Source of the DNA: Eubacteriales bacterium
Lineage (GTDB): Bacteria; Bacillota; Clostridia; Oscillospirales; CAG-272
Length of the DNA stretch: 49,155 nt
Direction of reading: 5' to 3'
NCBI GenBank assembly: GCA_045535205.1
Contig: JAZSLF010000107.1
Coordinates: 1 to 49,155, forward strand
Part shown: positions 29,912-39,769 of the stretch, one piece after another
How positions within the stretch are numbered: the stretch's first letter is position 1
Layout: every line of letters starts with the position of its first letter
Position numbers and translations under genes: made by a program
Notes under the pieces: generated by a model
The model's input: the letters and a program-made list of their open reading frames with translations, nothing else
Databases searched by the model: none
Told to the model about the DNA's origin: nothing

Positions 29912-31170
29912 TGTACGGAAATGAATATCTTTACGGGGAAGATTTTGACGTTTCCGAGCTTCGTTTTCCGAGACCGCTGACTGTAAGTGAGGTAAATGAG
30001 TTTATAAGGCAGCTGTTTGATGAAATTCCGCAGCTGAGACAGCTTTCGGTGGAGGGTGAAATATCTAATTTCAAAAATCATTACAGTACGGGACATATGT
30101 ATTTTACTCTTAAAGACAACAATTCTGCCATACGAGCAGTTATGTTCCGCACAAATGCTCAAAAGCTTAGATTTGTACCCGAAAACGGTATGAAAGTGAC
30201 CGTCAAGGGAAGAATTGCCGCTTACGTCAGAGACGGTCAGTATCAGATATACTGCGATGATATTGAACCGGCAGGACTCGGTGCTTTATATGCCGCATAC
30301 GAGCAGATGAAAAAAGAACTGTCTGAAGCGGGATTTTTTGATGAAGCACATAAGAAGGCGATCCCCTCATTTCCCGAAAGGGTCGGCATTGTAACGTCTG
30401 CGACAGGGGCGGCAATACGGGATATGCTGAATGTTATGGGACGCCGATGTCCGATGACAGAGATAATCGTATACCCAAGTCTTGTTCAAGGCGATATGGC
30501 ACCCTTTGAGCTGATAAAAGGTATAGAGTATTTCAACAGTACAAAAGATGTGGATCTTATCATTATCGGACGGGGCGGCGGCTCAATAGAAGACCTTTGG
30601 GCTTTTAATGACAGAGGGCTTGCCTGTGCCATTTACAATTCTGATATACCGATCATATCGGCAGTAGGGCACGAAACTGATTTTACCATTTCGGATTTTG
30701 TGGCAGATCTCAGAGCACCGACTCCGTCTGCAGCTGCGGAACTTGCCGTGCCCGATGCAGAGGAGTTGAAGCAGAGAATAAACATTCTGTCAAAACGAAT
30801 TGATAATGCACTCGACAATAAGATCAAAAGAGCATACGACCGTCTCAATATGCTTTCAAAGAGCAGAGCTCTCAGAGATCAGTATGCATATATAGAAGAT
30901 AAAAATATGGCTCTTGTAAGTCTCAATGACAGACTTTGCAGGGCACAGAATAATAAGCTTGAAAAATGCACTGCACTTCTTGGAATGACTGCGAGAAATC
31001 TCAGCGGACTGAGTCCGTTAAATGTTCTGGGAAGAGGCTTTAGTGCAGTATACACGGGTGAAAAAGTAGTTAAAAGTATAAACGACGTAAAAATCGGCGA
31101 CGGTCTGTCGGTCAGAACGGCTGATGGGTATATCGAAGCTAACGTTATCGGAGTCAGAGAGGAGAATTAA
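29911..31170 (+). CDS. xseA: Exodeoxyribonuclease VII large subunit
   Basis: VEGEISNF, GHMYFTLKD, TSATGAAIRD, GRGGGSIEDLWAFN, SAVGHETD, APTPSAAAE. An alternative TTG start is at 29908. Confidence 0.96.
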   Translation: MYGNEYLYGEDFDVSELRFPRPLTVSEVNEFIRQLFDEIPQLRQLSVEGEISNFKNHYSTGHMYFTLKDNNSAIRAVMFRTNAQKLRFVPENGMKVTVKGRIAAYVRDGQYQIYCDDIEPAGLGALYAAYEQMKKELSEAGFFDEAHKKAIPSFPERVGIVTSATGAAIRDMLNVMGRRCPMTEIIVYPSLVQGDMAPFELIKGIEYFNSTKDVDLIIIGRGGGSIEDLWAFNDRGLACAIYNSDIPIISAVGHETDFTISDFVADLRAPTPSAAAELAVPDAEELKQRINILSKRIDNALDNKIKRAYDRLNMLSKSRALRDQYAYIEDKNMALVSLNDRLCRAQNNKLEKCTALLGMTARNLSGLSPLNVLGRGFSAVYTGEKVVKSINDVKIGDGLSVRTADGYIEANVIGVREEN

Positions 31171-31172
31171 TT

Positions 31173-31385
31173 ATGGAGAATAAAGAAATTGCATTTGAAG
31201 ATGCTATGAATAAGCTTGAGAGCATTGTTTCCTCCCTTGAAAAAGGAGATGCTCCTCTCGACGTATCACTTGATCTTTTTGAAGAAGGGGTAGCACTTGT
31301 AAAGCTTTGCAGCGAAAAGCTCGACACGGCGGCAAAGAAAGTTAAAATGCTTACAGGCGACACAATCCCCAATATTGATGACTAA
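31173..31385 (+). CDS. xseB: Exodeoxyribonuclease VII small subunit
   Basis: FEDAMNKLESIVSSLEKGDAPLDVSLDLFEEGV. Confidence 0.95.
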   Translation: MENKEIAFEDAMNKLESIVSSLEKGDAPLDVSLDLFEEGVALVKLCSEKLDTAAKKVKMLTGDTIPNIDD

Positions 31386-31399
31386 AGCGAGGGATATAT

Positions 31400-32284
31400 A
31401 TGATAAAAGAAATACTCGTTAAGGATGCACAGCTTGTTGAAAATGAGCTTGTCCGCTGTACGTCTGAGGAATATATCGGAAGCGGAACTTTGCAGGATGC
31501 GATGAAATATTCGCTTCTTGGCGGCGGAAAAAGAATTAGAGGTGTTCTTGCCTTGGAGTTTGCAAAGCTTTTCGGAGGAAAAAAAGAGAATGCTCTGACA
31601 GCGGCGGCTTCTGTTGAAATGGTTCATGCATATTCTCTTATTCACGATGACCTTCCTTGTATGGATGATGACGATATGAGAAGAGGTAAGCCCTCCTGTC
31701 ATGTTGCTTTTTCCGAAGCAACAGCACTTCTTGCAGGGGACACGCTACTTACGTATTCCATGGAAAATGCGGCAAGAGGCGAAGGACTTACGGATTACGG
31801 TGCAAGAATGACGGTGCGTGAGCTTGCGTTTCTTGCAGGATCTCTCGGAATGGCGGGCGGTCAGCAGATCGACCTTGATTCCAATGCCGAAACGTATGAA
31901 GAATTAAAGAAGCTGCACAGTATGAAAACTGCTGCATTAATTAAAGCGGCGGCACTTACGGGCTACTATTCTACACTTGAAAGTGAAAAGGATCTGAAGG
32001 GCGAGGTCGTATCTGATATATCGGAATACTGTGAGTGTATAGGACTTGCATTTCAGATAAAGGATGATCTTCTTGATCTTGAGGGTGATGCATCTGTTAT
32101 CGGAAAGGCTGTCGGAATTGACGAAAAGAACGGCAGAGTAAATGCTCTTACATTCTTTACACCGGAAGAAGCAAAAGCAGAATGCGAAAAGCTTTCGCAG
32201 AGAGCATCCGATATAATATCAAAATATGAGAATTCTGAATTTCTTTCGGAATTCCCTTCATATCTTAATTCGAGAATCAAATGA
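31400..32284 (+). CDS. ispA: Polyprenyl (farnesyl/geranyl) diphosphate synthase
   Basis: GGKRIR, SLIHDDLPCMDDDDMRRGKP, GGQQID, FQIKDDLLD. Confidence 0.93.
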   Translation: MIKEILVKDAQLVENELVRCTSEEYIGSGTLQDAMKYSLLGGGKRIRGVLALEFAKLFGGKKENALTAAASVEMVHAYSLIHDDLPCMDDDDMRRGKPSCHVAFSEATALLAGDTLLTYSMENAARGEGLTDYGARMTVRELAFLAGSLGMAGGQQIDLDSNAETYEELKKLHSMKTAALIKAAALTGYYSTLESEKDLKGEVVSDISEYCECIGLAFQIKDDLLDLEGDASVIGKAVGIDEKNGRVNALTFFTPEEAKAECEKLSQRASDIISKYENSEFLSEFPSYLNSRIK

Positions 32285-33051
32285 GACTTGACGTTTATTT
32301 GCATACGAACGGGTATGCCAAAAGCAGAAGCTACGGTGCACAGCTCATAAAAAAGGGGCTTGTAAGCGTAAACGGCAAGATTATAAATAAACCGTCTTTT
32401 GAAACGGACGGCGAAGAAATTTCAGTTCTCGGCGAGGTTCACACCTTTGTCGGCAGAGGTGGAATGAAGCTTGAAGGTGCACTTAATGAGTTTGCAATCG
32501 ATGTTACGAACTTCACCGTAATTGACGTGGGAGCATCGACAGGCGGCTTTACCGACTGCCTTTTAAAAAGAGGAGCAACCAAGGTTATTGCGGTAGATTC
32601 AGGACACGGACAGCTTGATGCATCGCTTGTGAACGATAAGCGAGTCGTTAATCTTGAAGGTTTTAACGCAAGAGATATATCCATTGAAGCAATCGGTGAG
32701 CTTTGTGATATGGCTGTGTGTGACGTTTCCTTTATTTCCCAGACATACATTATGGAGCAGGTATATTCTGTATTGAAAGACGGGGGATTTTTTGTAACTC
32801 TTGTAAAGCCTCAGTTTGAGTGCGGTAGGGAAGCTCTTTCAAAAAACGGAATTGTCAAGGATAAAAAACAGCATCGTAAGGCTATAGATAAAATTCTTTC
32901 CTTCGGCGAGAAAACAGGCTTTTCTGCTTCGGGACTTATGCGTTCCGCAATAGACGGAGGAGACGGAAATAAAGAATTTTTACTTTTCTTTATTAAAAGC
33001 TCCGAGTCATCGAAGATAAACGATAAAATAATAGAGCAGGTGATAGGATGA
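32281..33051 (+). CDS. tlyA: TlyA-family rRNA methyltransferase
   Basis: S4 domain MRLDVYL, DVGASTGGFTDCLL, DVSFIS, LVKPQFE, GGDGNKEFL. Confidence 0.94.
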   Translation: MRLDVYLHTNGYAKSRSYGAQLIKKGLVSVNGKIINKPSFETDGEEISVLGEVHTFVGRGGMKLEGALNEFAIDVTNFTVIDVGASTGGFTDCLLKRGATKVIAVDSGHGQLDASLVNDKRVVNLEGFNARDISIEAIGELCDMAVCDVSFISQTYIMEQVYSVLKDGGFFVTLVKPQFECGREALSKNGIVKDKKQHRKAIDKILSFGEKTGFSASGLMRSAIDGGDGNKEFLLFFIKSSESSKINDKIIEQVIG

Positions 33052-33929
33052 TTAAAACTGTTACTCTTCTTCCGTGTATGAAGAAGAATATAACAAAACA
33101 GAATATTCTGGAAATTCTCCGTGTCCTTGAAAATTACTGCGATAAAGTTTTAATGGAGAAGTGCGTTTCCGAAATTATTTGTGACAATATACCTTTAGTA
33201 GAATATTGCGACGGCGAAGATGTATTCAACGGGAGCGAGCTTGTTATAGTTATGGGAGGAGACGGTTCCATAATAGATGCCTCAAGGCGTGTATCACATT
33301 TAAATATTGCCGTTCTCGGCATAAATTACGGCAGACTCGGATTTCTTGCCGAGCTTGAGGCGAAGGAAACAGAACTTCTTTGTGAGATATTAAACGGCAA
33401 CTACCGAACGGAAGAAAGAATGATGCTTGACGTGACCGTCACAAGTAAGGGTGAGGAGAAGGCGGTATCTTATCCATGTCTTAATGATGTGGTTTTGTCA
33501 AACGGACCGGTATCCCGTCTTTCCGGCTTCGATCTGTACTGCGACGGAACGTTTATTACAAGATATGCCGCTGACGGAATTATAGTCTCAACGCCGACAG
33601 GTTCAAGTGCATATTCCTTATCAGCGGGAGGTCCGCTTATCTATCAGACTATGGAGTGTATATGTGTAACGCCCATATGTCCCCATTCCTTTACACACAG
33701 ACCGGTTGTATTCATGGGAGAGTCTGTGTTGGAGCTTAAAAATGCGTTCTGCAGAGAAAACAAAATGTACATAACAGTTGACGGCAGAGAGCATATGGAA
33801 ATTTTTTACGGAGATACGGTAACTATTAGTAAAAGTGCGGAAATAACAAGGCTTGTCAGAATTAAAGACGGGGGACTTGTAAATGTTCTTAACAGAAAGC
33901 TTTCCGAAATGGATGTAGCTTCTGTTTGA
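33048..33929 (+). CDS. nadK: NAD kinase
   Basis: GGDGS, GINYGRLGFL, LND, DGIIVSTPTGSSAYSLSAGGP. Confidence 0.95.
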   Translation: MIKTVTLLPCMKKNITKQNILEILRVLENYCDKVLMEKCVSEIICDNIPLVEYCDGEDVFNGSELVIVMGGDGSIIDASRRVSHLNIAVLGINYGRLGFLAELEAKETELLCEILNGNYRTEERMMLDVTVTSKGEEKAVSYPCLNDVVLSNGPVSRLSGFDLYCDGTFITRYAADGIIVSTPTGSSAYSLSAGGPLIYQTMECICVTPICPHSFTHRPVVFMGESVLELKNAFCRENKMYITVDGREHMEIFYGDTVTISKSAEITRLVRIKDGGLVNVLNRKLSEMDVASV

Positions 33930-33945
33930 GAGTAAGGAGTAAAAA

Positions 33946-34401
33946 GTGAAAAACAACAGACAAAAAACCATACTTGAAATAATTAAAAAAAAGGACGTTG
34001 AGACACAGGACGACCTTATTCGAGAGTTAGCTGAGGTAGGTTATGCCGTAACGCAGGCAACCGTTTCAAGAGATATACGTGAGCTAAAGCTCATAAAGGT
34101 TACGGGCGATGCGGGCAAATATAAGTATACCGTATCCGAACCAAAGGAAGAGACTGAAATTCCCATATATATTACGGCTTTTGCGGCTTCTGTAAGATCG
34201 GTTGAAAGTGCGATGAATACTGTTGTTGTTAAAACCTATCCCGGACTTGCATCGGCAGTTGCGGCCAATCTCGATTCATTGTCTGATCTTGATATCCTCG
34301 GCTGTGTTGCGGGCGATGATACTATTTTTGCCGTTACGCATACTCCTGAGTCTGCAAAGCATGTATGCGATAAGATAAAAAGTCTTACAAAGGTAGATTA
34401 A
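33946..34401 (+). CDS. argR: Arginine repressor
   Basis: TQATVSRDIREL, VVKTYPGLA, GCVAGDDTIF. Confidence 0.95.
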   Translation: MKNNRQKTILEIIKKKDVETQDDLIRELAEVGYAVTQATVSRDIRELKLIKVTGDAGKYKYTVSEPKEETEIPIYITAFAASVRSVESAMNTVVVKTYPGLASAVAANLDSLSDLDILGCVAGDDTIFAVTHTPESAKHVCDKIKSLTKVD

Positions 34402-34414
34402 TACGGGGGCATTT

Positions 34415-36109
34415 ATGCTGCGTTCAGTTTCTATTACCAATGTTGCGGTAATAAAAGAATTAAATATTGATTTTGACAGCGGCTTTACTGTGCTTACAGG
34501 TGAAACGGGAGCAGGCAAATCAATAATAATTGACAGCCTTGCTTTTGTTCTTGGAGCAAAAGGCAGCCGTGATATGATCAGAACGGGTGAAAATGCCGCT
34601 TCGGTCAGTGCATTATTTGACTCTCTTGAGTCTAAGGAAAAGTATCTTGCGGAGCTTGGCATCACTATTGCTGACGGTGAATTGCTTTTGTCGAGAACGA
34701 TTGCCGACGACGGTAAAACAAGTGCAAGGATTAACGGTAAAAGTGTTTCGGCATCTTTGCTAAGGCAGGTATCAAAGCATCTTTTGACAATTCACGGGCA
34801 GAATGACAGCGGAGCTTTATCTGAAAAGGGTGAGCTTCTTCATTTACTTGACAGTTATGTTGGTCTCGAAAATGAGCTTGCTTCATACTCTGAAAAATAT
34901 TTAGTGCTTTCCTCTCTTGAGCAGGAATATGAATCATTAAAAAAAGCACTCGATGACCGTGAGATGATGATCGATATTCTCAAATATCAATATGCCGAAA
35001 TAGAGGGGGCAAAGCTTTCTGATCCGTGTGAGGAAGAAAAGCTGTTAAGACTGAGAGCAAAGCTACGCAGTCTTGAGAAGGTTTCAAAAAGTGTTTCTGT
35101 AGTTAAACGTGCACTTGATGATAATGAAAAAGGTGTCAGCGTTCGTTATTTACTTGAAAAAGCTGAAGCTGCAGTAATAAATCTTGACGGCATTCTTGAT
35201 AATGCCGAAGAAATTGCACAGAGACTTGAAACTATAAAATATGAGCTTCTTGACATTTCAGAGCGTGTTGGTGACGTTTTAAGCTCAGATGACGTGACCG
35301 ATCCCGAAAGACAGCTTGATGCAGTTGAAAAACGTCTTACAGTTATTAAGAAGCTGACAAAAAAATACGGCGAAAGCATTGAAGCGGTTCTTACCAAAAA
35401 ACATGAGATAAAAGAAAAGCTTAATAATCTCGAAAACAGCGATGAAGCATTGATTGATCTTGAAAACAGAATAAAAGATGCGAGAGCTATGGCTGAAAAA
35501 TCAGCTTGTGTTCTTTCTGAAAGCAGAATGAAAAATGCTCTTGTGCTGAATGAAAAGATCAGTTCTGTTTTAAAAGAGCTCGATATGCCGAAGGTAAGAT
35601 TTAAAATCAGAGTTGAAAAGAAAACCGATGCGTTCGGTGAAACCGTATTTGACACCAATGGATTTGATGATGTTGAATTTCTTGTCAGCCCCAATGTCGG
35701 CGAAGATATGCTTCCTATTTCAAAAATTGCCTCAGGCGGTGAGCTTTCACGAATAATGTTGGCAATTAAAAATACCATGATCTCCAAAAGCGGTGAAGGT
35801 TCATCTGTATTTGACGAGATAGATGCAGGTGTTTCGGGTGCAACCTCCGAAAGAATAGGAAGAAAGCTGTGCGAAATGTCTGCGGATACACAAATAATAT
35901 GTATAACCCATTCAGCACAGATAGCCGCACTTGCGGATAGACATATAAAAATATCAAAATCAGAAAGTAACGGCAGAGTTGAAAGCCGTGTCGAAGTTCT
36001 CGACAGACAGGGAAGAATAAACGAGCTTTCCCGAATAATAGGCGGAATAAACATTACAGATAAACAAATCAAAACAGCGGTAGAAATGCTTGATAAAGCA
36101 AGTAAATAA
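34415..36109 (+). CDS. recN: DNA repair protein RecN
   Basis: TGETGAGKS, IHGQ, KIASGGELSRIMLA, FDEIDAGVSG, CITH. Confidence 0.96.
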   Translation: MLRSVSITNVAVIKELNIDFDSGFTVLTGETGAGKSIIIDSLAFVLGAKGSRDMIRTGENAASVSALFDSLESKEKYLAELGITIADGELLLSRTIADDGKTSARINGKSVSASLLRQVSKHLLTIHGQNDSGALSEKGELLHLLDSYVGLENELASYSEKYLVLSSLEQEYESLKKALDDREMMIDILKYQYAEIEGAKLSDPCEEEKLLRLRAKLRSLEKVSKSVSVVKRALDDNEKGVSVRYLLEKAEAAVINLDGILDNAEEIAQRLETIKYELLDISERVGDVLSSDDVTDPERQLDAVEKRLTVIKKLTKKYGESIEAVLTKKHEIKEKLNNLENSDEALIDLENRIKDARAMAEKSACVLSESRMKNALVLNEKISSVLKELDMPKVRFKIRVEKKTDAFGETVFDTNGFDDVEFLVSPNVGEDMLPISKIASGGELSRIMLAIKNTMISKSGEGSSVFDEIDAGVSGATSERIGRKLCEMSADTQIICITHSAQIAALADRHIKISKSESNGRVESRVEVLDRQGRINELSRIIGGINITDKQIKTAVEMLDKASK

Positions 36110-36153
36110 GTTTGCCGCAAACATAAATCAGATTAATAATTATGCATATACTG

Positions 36154-36187
36154 AAAGGAGTACGGAATAATCCGTAGAAAAAACATG
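36154..36187 (+). promoter_or_regulatory. Hairpin-bridged ribosome-binding site of tyrS
   Basis: AAAGGAG (36154-36160), hairpin TACGGA-ATAA-TCCGTA (36161-36176), GAAAAAAC, ATG (36185). Confidence 0.6.
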
Positions 36188-37411
36188 AATCTTTTTGACG
36201 AATTTAAAGCGAGAGGTATGATCGCTCAGTGCACAAACGAAGAGGAAGTAAGAAAGCTTTTTGAAGGTGATGAAAAATTCACATTCTATATCGGCTTTGA
36301 CCCTACGGCTGACAGCCTTCATATAGGACATTTTATTCAGCTCAAAATAATGGCTCATATGCAGAAAGCAGGTCATAAGCCCATCGCTATTTTCGGCGGC
36401 GGTACAGCTATGGTCGGTGACCCCTCCGGTAAGAACGATATGAGAAAAATGATGACAAAGGAAACGATAGCACACAACGTTGAATGCTTCAAGCAGCAGA
36501 TGGCAAAGTTTATTGATATTTCCGACGGAAAGGCTCTCTTCATAAATAATGCCGATTGGCTTCTCGATATGAATTATATCGACTACATCAGAGAAGTAGG
36601 TCCTTACTTCACCATCAGCAGAATGCTTGCTGCCGAATGCTATAAATCACGTCTCGAAAAGGGGCTTACATTCCTTGAATTTAACTACATGACAATGCAG
36701 AGCTATGACTTCTACAGACTTTTCTGTGATTACGGATGCACTCTTGAATTTGGCGGTGATGACCAGTGGTCCAATATCATCGGCGGCGTTGAGCTTATCC
36801 GCCGTAAGACAGGTAAGGATGTGTACGGTCTTACATTTAAGCTTCTCCTTACAAGTGAAGGCAAGAAAATGGGTAAAACCGAAAAGGGTGCACTTTGGCT
36901 TGATCCCGAAAAGACCTCTCCCTACGATTTCTATCAGTATTGGAGAAATATTGATGACGCAGACGTTATCAATTGCATGAAGATGCTTACCTTTATGCCT
37001 CTTGAAGAAATCGCTGAATATGAAAAGCTTGAAGGAAGCGAAATTAATAAGGCAAAAGAAAAGCTTGCTTATGAAGTAACCGCTATTATCCACGGAAACG
37101 ATGAGGCAGATAAGGCTGCTGAAACAGCAAAGCAGGTATTTGCTGCTGGCGGTGTTTCCGAGAATATGCCTACAACTGAGCTTTCTGCAGACGATTTTGC
37201 CGATGGTAAGATCTTCGTTTCAGATATGCTTGTAAAAGCAAAGCTGGCACCTTCCAAGGGCGAAGCAAAGAGACTTATTCAGCAGGGCGGCGTTCTCATC
37301 AACGATGCTAAGGTTGAAAGATTTGATGCTACAGTAGCACTTGAACAGGCAGAAGAGGGACTGATTATTAAGAAGGGCAAAAAGACTTACCATAGAATAG
37401 TTGTTAAGTAA
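36185..37411 (+). CDS. tyrS: Tyrosine--tRNA ligase
   Basis: [35 protein letters not shown]-terminal S4 domain. Confidence 0.97.
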   Translation: MNLFDEFKARGMIAQCTNEEEVRKLFEGDEKFTFYIGFDPTADSLHIGHFIQLKIMAHMQKAGHKPIAIFGGGTAMVGDPSGKNDMRKMMTKETIAHNVECFKQQMAKFIDISDGKALFINNADWLLDMNYIDYIREVGPYFTISRMLAAECYKSRLEKGLTFLEFNYMTMQSYDFYRLFCDYGCTLEFGGDDQWSNIIGGVELIRRKTGKDVYGLTFKLLLTSEGKKMGKTEKGALWLDPEKTSPYDFYQYWRNIDDADVINCMKMLTFMPLEEIAEYEKLEGSEINKAKEKLAYEVTAIIHGNDEADKAAETAKQVFAAGGVSENMPTTELSADDFADGKIFVSDMLVKAKLAPSKGEAKRLIQQGGVLINDAKVERFDATVALEQAEEGLIIKKGKKTYHRIVVK

Positions 37412-37412
37412 G

Positions 37413-38102
37413 ATGCAATATAAATATTTGTTATTTGATGCCGACAATACACTGTTTGATTTTAATAAATGCGAGAATGAAGCTTTTAAGCTCGCATTAA
37501 GCTCAGTCGGTATTGAGTACAACGACGAAATATATACAGAATATCATGAGATAAATGACGGACTATGGAAGGCCCTTGAAAAAGGGCTGACCACCCGTGA
37601 TGAGCTTAAAGTATTAAGGTATAAGCTTTTAGCTGAAAAAACAGGGATGGTAAGTGTCGATTATAAGGAGCTTGCGAAGAACTACGAAAATCTTCTCGGC
37701 AAACAGTTCTTCGAGATGGACGGCGCATATGAGCTGTTAAAGGAATTAAGCGGAAAATTTGAAATTTATGTGATTACAAACGGTATAACAAAAATTCAGA
37801 ATGACCGTTTTTCAAGCTCCCGTCTCACTTCTTTTATAAAGAAAGTGTTTATATCTGAACAAATGGGCGTATCAAAGCCGTCGAAGGAATTTTTTGATAA
37901 GGTTATTTGTGAAATAGGTGATAACGATAAAAGCAAATACCTTGTTATCGGTGATTCTCTGAGTTCTGACATTGACGGTGCTGCAAATTCATCCCTTGAC
38001 AGCGTTTGGTTCACACCCGAAGATGCTGACCCAAAAAACAGGGAACCCAAATATATAATTAATAATTTATACGAACTAAATTCTATACTTATTAAGGTGT
38101 AA
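37413..38102 (+). CDS. YjjG-like HAD-family nucleotidase
   Basis: LFDADNTLFDF (motif I), ITNG, KP, IGDSLSSDIDGA. Confidence 0.85.
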   Translation: MQYKYLLFDADNTLFDFNKCENEAFKLALSSVGIEYNDEIYTEYHEINDGLWKALEKGLTTRDELKVLRYKLLAEKTGMVSVDYKELAKNYENLLGKQFFEMDGAYELLKELSGKFEIYVITNGITKIQNDRFSSSRLTSFIKKVFISEQMGVSKPSKEFFDKVICEIGDNDKSKYLVIGDSLSSDIDGAANSSLDSVWFTPEDADPKNREPKYIINNLYELNSILIKV

Positions 38103-38103
38103 A

Positions 38104-39024
38104 ATGGATAATTTATGTGAACTTCTGGAATATCTGAACGATTATCAGAAGAAAGGACTTGTTTTCGTAGCCGAAAATGAGCCCATGAAAAATCATACGT
38201 CATTTAAAATCGGAGGAAACGCTGCAATTTTTGCCGTTCCGAAAACTGTAGAAGCACTTGTTCAGGTTTGTAAGCAAGCACATGAGGCAGGCGTTAAAAA
38301 ATATATTCTCGGAAGCGGTACAAATGTTCTGTTTGACGATTGCGATTTTGAGGGAATAATAATATCAACAAAAGGTCTTGACAGTATTTCTGTTGAAGGA
38401 AATACACTTACCTGCGGTGCAGGTGCATCTTTTACGGCTGCATCAAGAATTGCTATGGAAAACTCTCTTAAAGGAATGTCATTTGCATACGGTATACCCG
38501 GAAGTGTCGGAGGTGCTGTTTATATGAACGCCGGTGCCTACAACGGAGAGGTTTCCTTCGTGCTTGATAAGAGCCATTATCTCGATACAAATGACGGAAA
38601 AATATATGAGCTTTCAGGTGAAGACCATATGTTTGATTACCGTTTTTCTTCTTATAAAGATCATCCGGAAAGAATAATCGTATCAGCGGAATTTTCTTTA
38701 AAATCCGGTGATAGATCTGAAATAAAGGCCGAGATGGATGATTTCATGGAAAGAAGACGAACAAAGCAGCCTCTTGAGTTTCCCAGTGCAGGAAGCGTAT
38801 TTAAGCGTTATCCGGGTAAATACACGGCACAGATGATAGATGAAGCAGGAATGAAGGGCTTCAAGGTCGGAGGTGCTTGTGTTTCCGAGAAGCACGCAGG
38901 CTTTATTGTGAACACGGGCGGAGCAACCGCTTGTGATGTAAAGGCTCTTATTGAGCTTGTCGAAAAGAAGATATTTGAAAAATACAATATTGAGATAGAA
39001 CGTGAGATTATTTACGTCAATTAA
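38104..39024 (+). CDS. murB: UDP-N-acetylmuramate dehydrogenase
   Basis: HTSFKIGG, GIPGSVGGAVYMNAGAY, QPLEFPSAGSVFKR, VSEKHAGFIVN. Confidence 0.97.
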   Translation: MDNLCELLEYLNDYQKKGLVFVAENEPMKNHTSFKIGGNAAIFAVPKTVEALVQVCKQAHEAGVKKYILGSGTNVLFDDCDFEGIIISTKGLDSISVEGNTLTCGAGASFTAASRIAMENSLKGMSFAYGIPGSVGGAVYMNAGAYNGEVSFVLDKSHYLDTNDGKIYELSGEDHMFDYRFSSYKDHPERIIVSAEFSLKSGDRSEIKAEMDDFMERRRTKQPLEFPSAGSVFKRYPGKYTAQMIDEAGMKGFKVGGACVSEKHAGFIVNTGGATACDVKALIELVEKKIFEKYNIEIEREIIYVN

Positions 39025-39029
39025 TTATA

Positions 39030-39752
39030 ATGGCTAAAAAAAGCTTCAGCAGCGAAACAAAGGATCTTATCGCAGACATTCATTCCAAAAAAGGATGTTG
39101 CAGAAAGACATACGAAATGCTATCTGCTGCTTTCACTTATCCTGAGGATTTCGAGAAAGCGGCTTTTGCAGGCGAAAGAATGCTGTGTAACGATTGTTAT
39201 GCGACATATTTTCGTTTGGTGTTTCTGAAATTCGGAACCGTAACTGACCCGAAAAAAAGCTATCATCTTGAGATGGCATTTTCAAATGAGCTTTACAGAG
39301 ACTATATCAAGAATAAATTATTTGAAGTAGGGCTTGTGGCAAAGTGCGGCAAAAGAAGAGATAAGTTTACGGTGTATTTTAAAGAAAGCGGTACTATTGA
39401 AGATTTTCTCGCAACCATCGGTGCTTTTGAAAAAGCATATGATATGATAAATTTAAAGCTTCTCAAGGAAATGAGAAGCAACGTAAACAGACAGACTAAT
39501 TTTGAAACAGCAAATATGCAAAAGGCAGTCAAAGCAACAAGAAATTATCTTGATGCAATTGAATATCTGTCTGAAAACGGTTATCTCGGGAGTATGTCCG
39601 AGGAAATGAGGGAGACGGCGATGCTTCGCTGTCAATATGATACCGCAACAATGTCAGAGCTCGGCTCTCTTCATAATCCGTCAATCTCAAAGTCCGGAGT
39701 TAAACACAGACTTGATAAAATTCTTGCTTTTTATGAAAAAGTGAAAAAATAA
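39030..39752 (+). CDS. whiA: DNA-binding protein WhiA (short form)
   Basis: SFSSETK, GTVTDPKKSYHLE, RSNVNRQTNFETANMQK, ISKSGVKHRL. Confidence 0.88.
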   Translation: MAKKSFSSETKDLIADIHSKKGCCRKTYEMLSAAFTYPEDFEKAAFAGERMLCNDCYATYFRLVFLKFGTVTDPKKSYHLEMAFSNELYRDYIKNKLFEVGLVAKCGKRRDKFTVYFKESGTIEDFLATIGAFEKAYDMINLKLLKEMRSNVNRQTNFETANMQKAVKATRNYLDAIEYLSENGYLGSMSEEMRETAMLRCQYDTATMSELGSLHNPSISKSGVKHRLDKILAFYEKVKK

Positions 39753-39769
39753 TTTTAAGGAGGTGCCGT

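Noticed and set aside
35146-36120. 324-aa minus-strand ORF
   Set aside because: Antisense shadow of the recN coiled coil, with no motif or clear RBS.
36142-36177. Short u[14 protein letters not shown] before tyrS as a possible attenuator peptide
   Set aside because: It has no SD, no Tyr codons and no downstream terminator.
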